64,000 nucleotides of DNA. It comes from an uncultured Gemmatimonadaceae bacterium. GTDB taxonomy: Bacteria; Gemmatimonadota; Gemmatimonadetes; Gemmatimonadales; Gemmatimonadaceae. Position numbers and translations under genes: made by a program. This document shows, one piece after another, positions 50,001 to 59,110 of this stretch. The notes beneath the pieces are model-generated. The model made no database searches. It saw only the letters and a list, made by a program, of their open reading frames with translations, and was not told the DNA's origin. Positions within the stretch are counted from its first letter, which is position 1. Each line of letters opens with the position of its first letter. Location of the stretch: contig CAWFQK010000004.1 of NCBI GenBank assembly GCA_963817955.1, forward strand, positions 1,056,001 to 1,120,000. Reading direction: 5' to 3'.

Positions 50001-50025
50001 GCGGGCGACTACGAAGATCTGGCAT
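47011..50025 (-). CDS. Hybrid membrane PAS histidine kinase/receiver (paralog of 32175..34778)
   Basis: Same architecture plus a C-terminal REC (SDVTMP, DKPF); GIAHDFNN intact. Confidence 0.92.
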   Translation of the reverse strand: MPDLRSRPRARRVHFALVVIAAAGFVLTLASAIVATQRLRSFLAIVELRAELQTALAQLESLSHTVMRAEMAVLLPGDRQADTVAAGTIAADESRAYANLREARRMTGTLASEGPVLDSIERLVHARFDAIQEARELIGTGHADVGRARLMRPLVTAQRDTFDDLKQAVADRGLAVLDINADRGRQRFLETLALSIAAIALTVLIGGVVIALLTWELRRRRLAEEEVSEREERYRVTFENVGIGLAHGTESGEWLWVNEQLCEFLGYTRAELQRLNFRDFTHPDDIEDDADRIKQLCSGVIRRYSITKRYIRKDGGVVWAVLTVSAAQRSGIKARRIIYSVLDLTTQMRAYEEVRRTSQLLSAIIRDAPVAIVTLDRAHRVQTWNPAAEEIFGWQEGELVDGALPWDGDVGDKIRRGIDTLTATGTSVSRLRGQRPRKDGQVREIELSAVPLRDEHGVVDGVVALLLDRTEEVNAERHFHAEAMRNRTLLEGMPVLVGQLDADGRYVFVNRAYREFLGKMDVEILGRPLVDVIGIGSAGVALEGLQRARNGDLAACENSLVDSHGRTRTVVASYFPLETEDGQSTFEVTTDVTDVRELTAQLRHALKMEAIGQLAGGIAHDFNNMLTAVMGYGRFVMDGLSANDSQLKSFTAEILATADRAAKLTRQLLAFGRRQVFHLQPIDVGFVVRDLQRMLQPIVGERVRITVACAVEHPMVLADEGQLQQVVVNLAVNARDAMPNGGELRVTVRERELVERTRVGGMFVEAGKFIELEVADEGAGIPPEILSKIYEPFFTTKGKGEGTGLGLSTVHGIVSQLNGVIDVESTVGRGTTFRILLPILGAAPVAAPVAAPADDAEAALSSPASLAGESTRLRIVVAEQNPMLRGIMERILRDNGYDVCACATGDEVRDLIGSAADTVDLIISDVTMPRLGGKALLAWLDSVELEIPVVLTTSNSHDALSADRRDWNNVEFLDKPFVARQLLGVVARWLGEPRAGRRAAGSSM

Positions 50026-51615
50026 CTATGCGCTAGCCGCGGCGTCTGATCCCGAAGACCCCACGGGAGGCGCCGCGACCGGAACCTCCATCATCCCGTG
50101 CGATTCGAGCAATCGGTGCACCTCGTCGATCAGCGCTCGCATCTCGAACGGCTTGGCCAGGAACGCGGTGCCCGCCCCCTCGAACTCCATATCGGTCAGC
50201 ACTCCCCGCGCATAACCCGAGATGAACAGGATTCGAAGACTCTGATACAACTGTCGCAGGAGCTCGGACAGAATTCGCCCGTCCATGCCGGGCATGATGA
50301 CATCGGTGATGACGAGATCGATGGGAGCGGCGTGAGATTCCACGACCGACAGCGCCTCAATGCCGTTCGTTGCTTCCAGAACTGAATAGCCCTGGTCGCG
50401 TAGCGTCCGGCAGATGACCGCGCGGACCGACAGTTCGTCCTCGACGACCAGAATGACTTCCGCTGGCATCGCCTGAGGCGGCCGTGCCGTGGTCATTGGC
50501 GCAGGCGCCGCACTGCGTGCAATGGGCAGGTACACAGCCACGCCAAGTCCGTGCTGCGGGGATGCAGCTACGAGATATCCTCCCAGTTCGCGGACGGCGG
50601 CCGACAGCAGCGTCACTCGCATCTCTGGCAGCCCGGCCTCGTCGGGGAGCGGTGGCGGGCGCAGACCATCCGGCCGTTCGCCGTCGATCAGCTCATGTGC
50701 CGTCGCTACCAGAGTGATGAATTGTCCCGCTGGTAACGCCGCGGAGGCCACCGCGTTACCATCCGGTGCCACCCTCGGATCCCTGGTGGACACGATGACA
50801 GCCCCCGCGTTCCCAACGGTTGTCGTCGCCGCGAGCACGACATCGACGAGCATCATCTGAAGCGTGCCCTCATCCGCCAAGATCGTCGCGTCCTCCGAAG
50901 CCAGGTCGAGAATGAGCGACGTCTGCTCGCCAATGAGTTGCTGAAGGAGCGGCTCGAGATCTCTCAGCAGCGCATCGATGGCAATCGGCAACGGCTCGGC
51001 AGATTTTCGGGTGCCGAAAGCTAGGAGACGCCGGGCGAGGCGGGAGCCACGCTGGGCCTGCTCCGACAGCGCGTCGACGTCCTGGCGCGCCGGTCCGTCA
51101 GCCGGAATCGAGGGCCGAATGAAATCCAGGAGGGCAAGGATTACCGTCTGGATATTGTTGAACTCCTGGGCGACACCGGTGGTGAGCCGGCCGAGCACCT
51201 CGGATCGCTTGGCCTGACGCAGCTCGGCCTCGGCAGCGCGTCGCCAGGTGAGGTCCCGTTCGATGACCGCGAGCGCAGAGACGTCGCCGCATGGATCGCG
51301 CACTGGCAGGATCGTCACCAGCACGATCGAGGTTCTGCCCTCCGCCCCCAAGCGCTTCGACTCCCAGTGCGCCGGCCGACCCGTTTCGACTACATGGTCC
51401 AGACGCTTCGTCTCAATGCGCCTGGCATCCTCCGGAATAAACCGGGACCAGGGCTGCCCAACTGTCTCAGTAGACGGGAGACCGTAAAACGCCTCGGCGG
51501 CGGGGGGCCAACTCGTTATTGTGCCGGCGGTGCTCACGCCAATGCACAACGCGCCTAGCCCCTCGACAACCTCGGCAAGGTCCTCTAAACGGACCGTGGT
51601 GGGCTGCGGTACCAT
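50026..51615 (-). CDS. PAS - degenerate histidine kinase - receiver protein (probable pseudokinase)
   Basis: H-box reads GVAQEFNN; N/G1/F/G2 boxes unrecognisable; REC intact (VEDE, TDVIMP, AKPF). Confidence 0.8.
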   Translation of the reverse strand: MVPQPTTVRLEDLAEVVEGLGALCIGVSTAGTITSWPPAAEAFYGLPSTETVGQPWSRFIPEDARRIETKRLDHVVETGRPAHWESKRLGAEGRTSIVLVTILPVRDPCGDVSALAVIERDLTWRRAAEAELRQAKRSEVLGRLTTGVAQEFNNIQTVILALLDFIRPSIPADGPARQDVDALSEQAQRGSRLARRLLAFGTRKSAEPLPIAIDALLRDLEPLLQQLIGEQTSLILDLASEDATILADEGTLQMMLVDVVLAATTTVGNAGAVIVSTRDPRVAPDGNAVASAALPAGQFITLVATAHELIDGERPDGLRPPPLPDEAGLPEMRVTLLSAAVRELGGYLVAASPQHGLGVAVYLPIARSAAPAPMTTARPPQAMPAEVILVVEDELSVRAVICRTLRDQGYSVLEATNGIEALSVVESHAAPIDLVITDVIMPGMDGRILSELLRQLYQSLRILFISGYARGVLTDMEFEGAGTAFLAKPFEMRALIDEVHRLLESHGMMEVPVAAPPVGSSGSDAAASA

Positions 51616-52010
51616 AATGCATGTCCTGCGCAGCGTCGCGCGATTGAATTCGAGAATTACTTCAGTCCCGCAATGAGCTGGCGGGCTTCTTTCAGAGTGC
51701 GGATTGGTCGTGTGCGCGCGAGTTTCGTGGCTGCTGCAGCTACAGCGCAGCCACCGCGGCTGCCGACGTGAACGCAACCGTATGTTCGCGGAAGTACGAC
51801 GTCACTTGGACGAGGGAGGAATTAATGAGAATACGGCTGGAACACTGTGCGCGTTGATCGGCAGATTGCATCGGGCGTTCCCCACGGCCGCCTCGGGGGA
51901 GTTCCCCAAGCGCGGCCTCAGTTCGGCCACTCTAACGGGATTTCGCTAGACTTCCAGCTACGACGGCGTCAGACCTTGCTGCGTCCGGCGGTCTCCTAGC
52001 AGCCTTCGAC

Positions 52011-52718
52011 ATGGCACAGCCTTCCATCCTGATTGTTGACGATGAACCGCAAATCCGGCGGGCAGTCCGGCACGCCATCGAGCGGGACTCCCCCAGGGTC
52101 ATCGAAGCCGCATCGGGGCAAGAGGGTATCGATCTCGCCGCTACACAACAGCCGGATCTCATCATCCTCGATCTCGGGCTGCCCGACATCGCTGGAGAGC
52201 AGGTCTGCCGGGAAATTCGAGGCTGGAGCTCCGTCCCCATCATCGTATTGTCCGCCCGGCATGCGGATTCCGAAAAGGTGCAGCTTCTCGATGCCGGCGC
52301 GGACGACTACATGACCAAGCCGTTCAGTAGCGACGAGCTGAGGGCACGCGTCCGCGCGCAAATCCGCCGCGCGAGGCTTGCGCCGCGTGACGCGAGCGAA
52401 GCGATCGACGCCGACGGGCTGATCATTCGTCTCACCAAGCGAACCGTCGCGCGCGATGGACAGGAGATTCATCTGACGCCGATCGAATGGGAATTGCTGC
52501 GTGCGTTCGTCGCGAGCCGGGGGCGAACGCTCACACACGCACAGCTCTTTGGGATGGTGTGGAATCAGGGGGCCGGCGATCCGCAGCAATACCTCCGTGT
52601 GCACGTCGCGAACCTACGCCGGAAGATCGAACGGGAGCCGCTTCGGCCGCGTCTCATACTCACGGAGCCGGGCGTCGGATATCGATTCGCGGACCCCCGA
52701 GCGGATGGCGATGTCTAG
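52011..52718 (+). CDS. kdpE: KdpE-like OmpR family response regulator
   Basis: VDDEPQIRR, LDLGLPD, LDAGADDYMTKPF, YLRVHVANLRRKIE, LTEPGVGYRF. Confidence 0.88.
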   Translation: MAQPSILIVDDEPQIRRAVRHAIERDSPRVIEAASGQEGIDLAATQQPDLIILDLGLPDIAGEQVCREIRGWSSVPIIVLSARHADSEKVQLLDAGADDYMTKPFSSDELRARVRAQIRRARLAPRDASEAIDADGLIIRLTKRTVARDGQEIHLTPIEWELLRAFVASRGRTLTHAQLFGMVWNQGAGDPQQYLRVHVANLRRKIEREPLRPRLILTEPGVGYRFADPRADGDV

Positions 52719-54228
52719 TCCGTGGCCTGGCGACGCTCCGACCGCCGCCGCACCGCGACTCGCTCCCTCGTCGCGGGAAAGCGTCGCGTGGGTGGCGGTC
52801 GCCGCGGTCGTCACGGTTGGACTCATTCCATTCCGTTCCCGAATTGGCGTCGCTCAGGTCGCACTCGTCTACCTGCTGGTGGTGTTGTTCGCGAGCGCCC
52901 GTCGAGGCCGGAATCTGGGGCTCCTTCTCGCCGCTGCCTGTTTTCTCGCATTCAACTACTTCTTCGTCCCGCCGTACGGCACCTTGTCGGTGGACGATCC
53001 CCTCAACTGGACCGTCCTGCTCGCCTTCTTCACCACGAGTGCGGTCGCCACCCAGCTCCTGCACCGGGCTCAGTTCGAGGCAGGGGCCGCACAGCGACGC
53101 GCCTTCGAGCTGCAACGTCTCGCGACCCTCGGCGCGGAGGCGCTGCAATCGGTGCGCGCCGTGGACGCCGCCGCGGCCATCGCCCGCGTCATCCGCGAAG
53201 AGTTCGTGGTCGACGTCTGCGAACTGTATCTTCGCGATCCGGGAACCGAGCGAATGCGTCTGGTCGCGCGGGCAACCGCGGCCGCCGAACAAGGCTTTGC
53301 GAATGAAGACGACGAAGGTGTGTCGGCGACGGACGTCATTCTTGCCGCCGACGCAAAGACACTGCTCCTTCCACTTCACACCTCATCGGGGCAGGTCGGA
53401 CTCCTGCGCTTGAAGTCGGAACGAGTCATCGCGCCGAATGTCGGACAGCATCCCTTCGCCCAAGCGCTCGCCTATTACGCCGCGCTCGGGCTCGAGCGCA
53501 TCCGATTGTCCGCGGCGGCGGAGCATGCCAGCGCACTCCTCGAGGCCGACAAGCTCAAGGACGCACTGCTCGCGACGGTATCGCACGATCTCCGCACGCC
53601 GCTGACGTCGATCAAGGCGATCGCGCACGAAATCGCGGAAGGTGGTGATCGGCGCGGAGCGACCGTGGAGATGGAGGCCGACCGGCTCAATCGCTACGTG
53701 TCGAACCTCCTCGACCTGTCGCGTCTGAACGCGGGCGCGATCCGCATTGCGCCGGAGCTGGTGCCCATTGAAGACCTGCTCGGAGCCTCGCTGCAGCAAC
53801 TGGCCGGCGTCGTCGGCGACCGCGATATCCGCGTCGCCCTCGATCCCAACGCACCCATGTTGATCGGCCGGTTCGATTTCGTCCTCACGCTCCGCGCCCT
53901 CGGCAATGTGATCGAGAATGCCGTTCGATATTCTCCCGCCGGAACTCCGGTGGACGTACACGCGTACAGCGACGGCGGGTCTATCCGAATCGACATCGCC
54001 GACCGTGGACCGGGCGTCCTTCCCGCCGACAGGGAGCGCATCTTCGCGCCCTTTCAGCGAGTCACCGCCGATCATGGCGATGGCGCGGGCCTCGGGTTAT
54101 CGATCGCGCGACGCGTGCTCGAGGCTCAACATGGCTCGCTGACGTTTCACCCACGACCCTCGGGCGGTTCGGTGTTCACGCTCTCGCTCCCAGGGACGGA
54201 GACGACCGCGCCTCAGGCCTCTTTGTAA
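52711..54228 (+). CDS. Short KdpD-like sensor kinase (DUF4118 TM + GAF + kinase; no N-terminal KdpD/Usp domains)
   Basis: AFNYFFVPPYGTL, VSHDLRTPLTSI, NAVRY, DRGPGV, GAGLGL. Confidence 0.87.
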   Translation: MSSPWPGDAPTAAAPRLAPSSRESVAWVAVAAVVTVGLIPFRSRIGVAQVALVYLLVVLFASARRGRNLGLLLAAACFLAFNYFFVPPYGTLSVDDPLNWTVLLAFFTTSAVATQLLHRAQFEAGAAQRRAFELQRLATLGAEALQSVRAVDAAAAIARVIREEFVVDVCELYLRDPGTERMRLVARATAAAEQGFANEDDEGVSATDVILAADAKTLLLPLHTSSGQVGLLRLKSERVIAPNVGQHPFAQALAYYAALGLERIRLSAAAEHASALLEADKLKDALLATVSHDLRTPLTSIKAIAHEIAEGGDRRGATVEMEADRLNRYVSNLLDLSRLNAGAIRIAPELVPIEDLLGASLQQLAGVVGDRDIRVALDPNAPMLIGRFDFVLTLRALGNVIENAVRYSPAGTPVDVHAYSDGGSIRIDIADRGPGVLPADRERIFAPFQRVTADHGDGAGLGLSIARRVLEAQHGSLTFHPRPSGGSVFTLSLPGTETTAPQASL

Positions 54229-54286
54229 CATCTTGATACGGTGGTGCCGGTTCTTTGTGCGGTCTTTGCGACACCGCGCTTAGGCT
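54221..54286 (+). promoter_or_regulatory. Putative KdpE-type boxes and -10 element of the permease gene
   Basis: CTTTGTA/CTTGATA (54221, 54232) and CTTTGTG/CTTTGCG (54253, 54264), each pair 11 bp apart; TAGGCT at 54281-54286. Confidence 0.55.
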
Positions 54287-54291
54287 GCGGT

Positions 54292-56289
54292 ATGCAAACC
54301 CGCATCAAACGTCTCGTGTACGGCAAGCCACGGGACCCCGAAGATGCGAGCACGCATCACAGCATTTCGCTGATCGCGTTACTCGCTTGGGTCGGCCTTG
54401 GCGCAGATGGTCTGTCATCATCGGCGTACGGCCCTGATGAGGCATTCCGGGCGCTTGGCGAGCATACCTACCTGGCCCTCGGATTGGCCCTCGCGACGGC
54501 CGTCACCGTGCTGGTGATCTCGCTCGCGTATTCACAGATCATCAGACAGTTCCCCTTCGGCGGCGGCGGATACGTCGTCGCGACCGAGCTGCTCGGTCCC
54601 CGCTGGGGCGTCATCTCGGGCTCTGCACTGCTCGTCGATTATGTCCTGACCATTTCGGTGTCGATCGCCAGTGGCGCCGATCAGGTGTTCAGCGTGCTTC
54701 CGGCGTCCGTTGCACACTGGAAGCTGTTGCTCGAAGGCGCCGTCATTCTGCTGCTCACGGTCATGAATCTCCGAGGGGTGAAAGAGTCGGTCACGATTCT
54801 CGCGCCCATCTTCTGCCTGTTCCTCGTCACCCATCTCATCCTGATCGCCGGCGGCATCGGGATGCATTTTCATCAGATCCCACAGGTGGCCTCCACCATG
54901 AGAACCGGCTTTCACTCCGGCCTCGGCACGCTTGGTGGGCTCGCGCTGTTCGCCATATTTGTCCGCGCCTACTCCATGGGTGCCGGCACGTACACCGGTA
55001 TCGAGGCCGTGTCGAACGGGCTTCAGATCATGCGCGAGCCAAAGGTGCACACGGCGCGCAAGACGATGACGCTCATGGCCTTTTCACTCGCACTCACTGC
55101 GGGTGGCATCCTCGTGCTGTATCTGCTGTTTGGCACCCGGCCCGTAGAAGGCAAGACGATGAACGCCGTCCTCCTGGATGCATTCGCCGGGCAATGGATG
55201 GTGGGCGGTTTTCACGCCGGGTACGTCTTCGTCGTCGTCACGCTCGGCGCCGAGGCCGCATTGCTCTTCGTGGCGGCACAAGCCGGTTTCATCGATGGTC
55301 CACGAGTGATGTCGAGCATGGCAACCGATTCGTGGCTGCCGCACCGATTCGCGCAGCTCTCGAGCCGGCTCACGATCAGCGACGGTGTCATGCTGATGGG
55401 CGGTGCCGCGATCGCGACGCTCATCTACACGCACGGCAGCCTCACGGCGCTGATCACGATGTACTCGATCAACGTGTTCGTCACCTTCTCCCTTTCGCAG
55501 CTCGGCATGCTTCGCTTCTGGCGCCGCCATCGCGGGACAGGGAGAATGAAGGGGTTTGTGATCCACGGGATCGCGTTCGCCCTCTGCTTCGGCATTCTGA
55601 CCGGCATTCTGTACGAGAAATTCGCGCTCGGCGGATGGGTCACCGTGACGGTGACGGGAGCATTGGTCGCGCTCTGTTTCCGCATTCGCCGTCACTATCG
55701 TCGCGTCGAAGGCAATCTCACGCGGCTGGACAGCATCATGGCGGCGCTGCCTACGCAATCACCGGTCGAGGTACCGCCCATGGACCGGAAACGTCCAACC
55801 GCCGTGCTGCTCGTGGGAGGGTATAGCGGAATGGGAGTGCACGCGTTGCTCACCATTCAACGCCTGTTCCCCGGCCACTACCGGAATTTCCTGTTCGTGT
55901 CGGTGGGCGTGGTCGACGTCGCAACAATGAAAGGCGTCGAAGAGGTCGATCGGCTCCGGGCGGCCACGGAAAAGTCCCTGCAGGAGTATGTCGCGCTGGC
56001 CAACCGATTTGGACTTGCCGCTGAATGGCGCATGGGGATGGGAACGGATGTCCTGGACGCTGGGTTGGACATCTGCACGGCGATCCGCGCGGAGTTTCCT
56101 CGGGCTGTCTTCTTCCTGGGCAAACTCATTTTCGAGCGCGAGCACTTCTTTCAACGCATCCTGCACAACGAGACTGCGTACCAGCTTCAGCGCCGCATGC
56201 AGTTCGCGGGTCTGAACGCGATGGTGCTGCCGGTCCGAGTGATTGAGGTACGCGACGACCTCGCGCAACTCAATCCGGACGCGGCCTGA
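54292..56289 (+). CDS. APC-superfamily permease, KimA/YdaO-like potassium transporter
   Basis: DGLSSSAYGPDE, GGGGY, VDYVLTISVSIASG, TGIEAVSNG; cytoplasmic C-terminal domain with ILHNETA. Confidence 0.82.
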   Translation: MQTRIKRLVYGKPRDPEDASTHHSISLIALLAWVGLGADGLSSSAYGPDEAFRALGEHTYLALGLALATAVTVLVISLAYSQIIRQFPFGGGGYVVATELLGPRWGVISGSALLVDYVLTISVSIASGADQVFSVLPASVAHWKLLLEGAVILLLTVMNLRGVKESVTILAPIFCLFLVTHLILIAGGIGMHFHQIPQVASTMRTGFHSGLGTLGGLALFAIFVRAYSMGAGTYTGIEAVSNGLQIMREPKVHTARKTMTLMAFSLALTAGGILVLYLLFGTRPVEGKTMNAVLLDAFAGQWMVGGFHAGYVFVVVTLGAEAALLFVAAQAGFIDGPRVMSSMATDSWLPHRFAQLSSRLTISDGVMLMGGAAIATLIYTHGSLTALITMYSINVFVTFSLSQLGMLRFWRRHRGTGRMKGFVIHGIAFALCFGILTGILYEKFALGGWVTVTVTGALVALCFRIRRHYRRVEGNLTRLDSIMAALPTQSPVEVPPMDRKRPTAVLLVGGYSGMGVHALLTIQRLFPGHYRNFLFVSVGVVDVATMKGVEEVDRLRAATEKSLQEYVALANRFGLAAEWRMGMGTDVLDAGLDICTAIRAEFPRAVFFLGKLIFEREHFFQRILHNETAYQLQRRMQFAGLNAMVLPVRVIEVRDDLAQLNPDAA

Positions 56290-56312
56290 GGCTGCCGACT
56301 GAGGACACGATC

Positions 56313-56738
56313 ATGCGTCCATCGATTGTATCTGAAGGACAGAAGGACGCCACCGCCGAACGGCTCGTGGAGATACTCTGCGAGATACCGCTGGCGACGT
56401 GGCGCTCCACCGCACTCGCGGCAGCCTTCGCCCCGGGCGGCCGCGCCGCGGCCGAAGCGTTGACCGCAGCAATGCCATCGGTCAATCCAGTCCATGCGTG
56501 GATGGTGCTCGACGATCTCGAGACGGCTCTCTTTCGGCTCACAGCCGTCAACGCGCGCGACATCGTTCCCAGTGCAAAGGAATACGAGTTGATTCGCATC
56601 GCTACGCGCCGTGCGGTGCAGGCCTTACTGTGCCGAGACTACCTGGCGCCTGAGCATGTCCATGCCCTCGCCGGGCCCTTTCTGTCCATGACACTCGATA
56701 GTGCCTGTCCTCCTGAGCGGAGCGAAGGATTTCTGTGA
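56313..56738 (+). CDS. Hypothetical protein; C-terminus encoded by a REP-like motif
   Basis: GAGG RBS, 141 aa; ends CPPERSEGFL. Confidence 0.55.
   Translation: MRPSIVSEGQKDATAERLVEILCEIPLATWRSTALAAAFAPGGRAAAEALTAAMPSVNPVHAWMVLDDLETALFRLTAVNARDIVPSAKEYELIRIATRRAVQALLCRDYLAPEHVHALAGPFLSMTLDSACPPERSEGFL
56706..56730 (+). repeat. REP-like motif TGTCCTCCTGAGCGGAGCGAAGGAT
   Basis: Resembles the GTCATCCTGAGCG..GCGAAGGA short repeat (recognised from memory); directly precedes element copy 4. Confidence 0.55.
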
Positions 56739-56739
56739 G

Positions 56740-56847
56740 CCGGCTGGATGTCGCTGGCTGCTCCGTAGCGGTCGGCCCACCGGTCGGCGAGTTTCGAGTG
56801 TCCAGTTGTGAGTTGTGCGTTGTGAGTTTCTCGTGTCCCGTGTCTCG
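56740..56847 (+). repeat. Dispersed element copy 4 with heptamer tail
   Basis: 60-nt core identical to copies 1 and 5; tail ttgtgagtttctcgtgtcccgtgtctcg. Confidence 0.92.
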
Positions 56848-56852
56848 TCAGG

Positions 56853-58892
56853 CTACCGTCCCGCCCAAGTTAAACTCTCCCGATGCAGGTATGGAAACCG
56901 CCCGTCCGGATCGATGACCACCCGTACCACGGCGGGCACGCCCGGTACCCGCACGACATGACGCCGTAGGCCGGTGAGCCAGACGTCCGCCGACACGGTG
57001 AGGCGCTGCACCGTGCCGTCAACACGGGTGATCGCGAGGTCAACCGGCATGGGCGCAAGGCCGCGATCGTCGATGGTGATCGTCGTGGAGTCGCCGCGCG
57101 TGTCCACTGACGCAATGGCCTGATCGAGCGGCCACGGTTGGTAGAACCAGGTGGTGAAGAACCAGCCGAGGTCGCGCCGCGCCACGTCGGAAACGGTATT
57201 GAAGAAGTCATACGGATACGGGTGCTTGCCAGTCCACCGCCGGCCATACTCGCGGTACGCCCGGTGAAACGTCTCCTCACCCAGCACCCCGCGGAGCGCA
57301 GCGAGCACCTGAGCGGTCTTGTCGTAGAACATGATGAAGTACAGGTCCTGCGGATACAGATCGCCTGGCCACATGAGCGTCATGTCGTGTCCGGTTCGCG
57401 CGGCGTCGAGGTACAGTCCCCGTTGTCCGGCCTCGGAATCGCCGGGGCGTCCACCGGTGCGCGGCTCACCATAGAGCGCGCGCATCCCCTGCGCGACATC
57501 GAACTGCGTGAAGCCTTCATCCATCCATGGATGCCGCGTCTCGTTCGAACCAACCTGCATCGGGAACCACATGTGTCCCGTCTCGTGCATCAGATCGCCC
57601 GCGAGCGAGAGGGTGTCGGCCCAGGGCTGCATGACCGTCATCATCGGATACTCCATGCCGCCCGAGTCGAGGACGCCCTCCATCGATGTCATGGTCGGCC
57701 ATGGATACCGCCACAGATACGTCGAGAGTTGCTCGATGGCATCGCGCGTGAATCGTGCGCCACCGAGCACCCAGGCCACGGCGGGCGCGTTGCGGCGATA
57801 GAAGCTGTAAATGTTCACTGTATCTGGCGATGCTCGGCCGGAGTCGGTCACGAACGCCCTAGTGGCGTCCCACACGTACTGGTCACTCGCCCCCCAGGCA
57901 AAGTCGCGCACATCGGGCGCCGTGAAGTGCCACATCGTGGTCGCGCCGCGCCCAATGAATGCGGCTGCCGCGTCAGCGCCCGGCTCGACGACGTGCACCA
58001 CGCTGCCGGTGCGCCGGGCTTCGGCCAATCGCCCGCGCGCAACTGGTGACAGCACTTCGTCCGCGTTGCCGAGTGTGCCGGTGGCGCCGATCACCCAGCC
58101 GCGCGGCACGGTGAGTCGCACATCGTAGTCCGCCGGATCCATGTAGAACTCCGCTTCGAGCAGATACGGATCGGCCACCCAGCCATGCACGTCGTCGTAC
58201 ACGGCGACCTGCGGGTACCAGTATCCCATGAAGTACAGGTGATGGTCTTCGCGTCCCTGACGTCCATCGGATGGCGAAGGTGGCACCACGTATGACCAGG
58301 CGAGGTCCAGCCGCACGCTGTCGTGCGGCACCAGCGGCGCGGGCAGCGGGAGCCACATCACCGTGCCGTCCACGGTATAGCCGCCTACATCCGACACCTG
58401 ACGTTTGGCGACGTCGGTGATTGGCACCACGTCCACACCGGCCGATTTCGGGGGAACCACGCGTTCATTCACCGCCACACGGTCCAACCGCATACCTCCG
58501 GTGATCGGCGCCGACTGTCGCCGAGGATTTCCGGCGGCGAAAACATTCTGTCGAACGTGCACAGCCAGCCGTCGCAGCGTATCGGGAGAGTTGTTGAGGT
58601 AGACCACGCGTTCCCTGCCCGATACACGATCGGTGGACGGATCGAGCCGCGCCTGGATGGCGTAGCGCGCGTGTTGCACCCAATAGGCGGCGCCCGGACG
58701 CCCCGTCCGCGTGCGCGTGCCGAGCTCCACGGCTCGCGTGAATTCAGGGCTTTCGTAGACGGGACCCGGCACCGGACGCGAGTCCCGCGCCGTAGTGGCG
58801 GGCGCGAGCGGGACGGACGGACGACTCTGCGCCCGCGCGGTCGCCGAGAGGGCAAGCAGCGACAGGCCGGCGGCGACGGTACGGATTCGCAT
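56853..58892 (-). CDS. Secreted M1 family metallopeptidase
   Basis: Signal peptide; YWYPQ, GGMEYP, HETGHMWF...DEGF, YDK. Confidence 0.9.
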   Translation of the reverse strand: MRIRTVAAGLSLLALSATARAQSRPSVPLAPATTARDSRPVPGPVYESPEFTRAVELGTRTRTGRPGAAYWVQHARYAIQARLDPSTDRVSGRERVVYLNNSPDTLRRLAVHVRQNVFAAGNPRRQSAPITGGMRLDRVAVNERVVPPKSAGVDVVPITDVAKRQVSDVGGYTVDGTVMWLPLPAPLVPHDSVRLDLAWSYVVPPSPSDGRQGREDHHLYFMGYWYPQVAVYDDVHGWVADPYLLEAEFYMDPADYDVRLTVPRGWVIGATGTLGNADEVLSPVARGRLAEARRTGSVVHVVEPGADAAAAFIGRGATTMWHFTAPDVRDFAWGASDQYVWDATRAFVTDSGRASPDTVNIYSFYRRNAPAVAWVLGGARFTRDAIEQLSTYLWRYPWPTMTSMEGVLDSGGMEYPMMTVMQPWADTLSLAGDLMHETGHMWFPMQVGSNETRHPWMDEGFTQFDVAQGMRALYGEPRTGGRPGDSEAGQRGLYLDAARTGHDMTLMWPGDLYPQDLYFIMFYDKTAQVLAALRGVLGEETFHRAYREYGRRWTGKHPYPYDFFNTVSDVARRDLGWFFTTWFYQPWPLDQAIASVDTRGDSTTITIDDRGLAPMPVDLAITRVDGTVQRLTVSADVWLTGLRRHVVRVPGVPAVVRVVIDPDGRFPYLHRESLTWAGR

Positions 58893-58999
58893 GCGGTAGG
58901 GGCGAAGCATATAGACGGACGGAGGTAGGAGGGCCGGCCCCCGAAGAATAGCACGGCTCAAGGAACTGGAGTCCAGGAGTTGCGAGTTGCTGCCGGCGG

Positions 59000-59027
59000 C
59001 TACTGGTTACTGGTTGCTGGTTGCTGC
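59000..59027 (+). repeat. Heptamer tract (TTRCTGG-like)x4
   Basis: ctactgg ttactgg ttgctgg ttgctgc in a divergent intergenic region. Confidence 0.6.
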
Positions 59028-59110
59028 TATCGCGCAGTGTCATCGCGCATCGCCATCGCGGAGCCATTCATGCCCAAACAGCTTTCATCCCTCGGAGCGA
59101 CGCGCAGCAC

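Noticed and set aside
54229..54291. c-di-AMP (ydaO) riboswitch before the KimA-like gene
   Set aside because: Only 63 bp of intergenic space and no consensus motifs.
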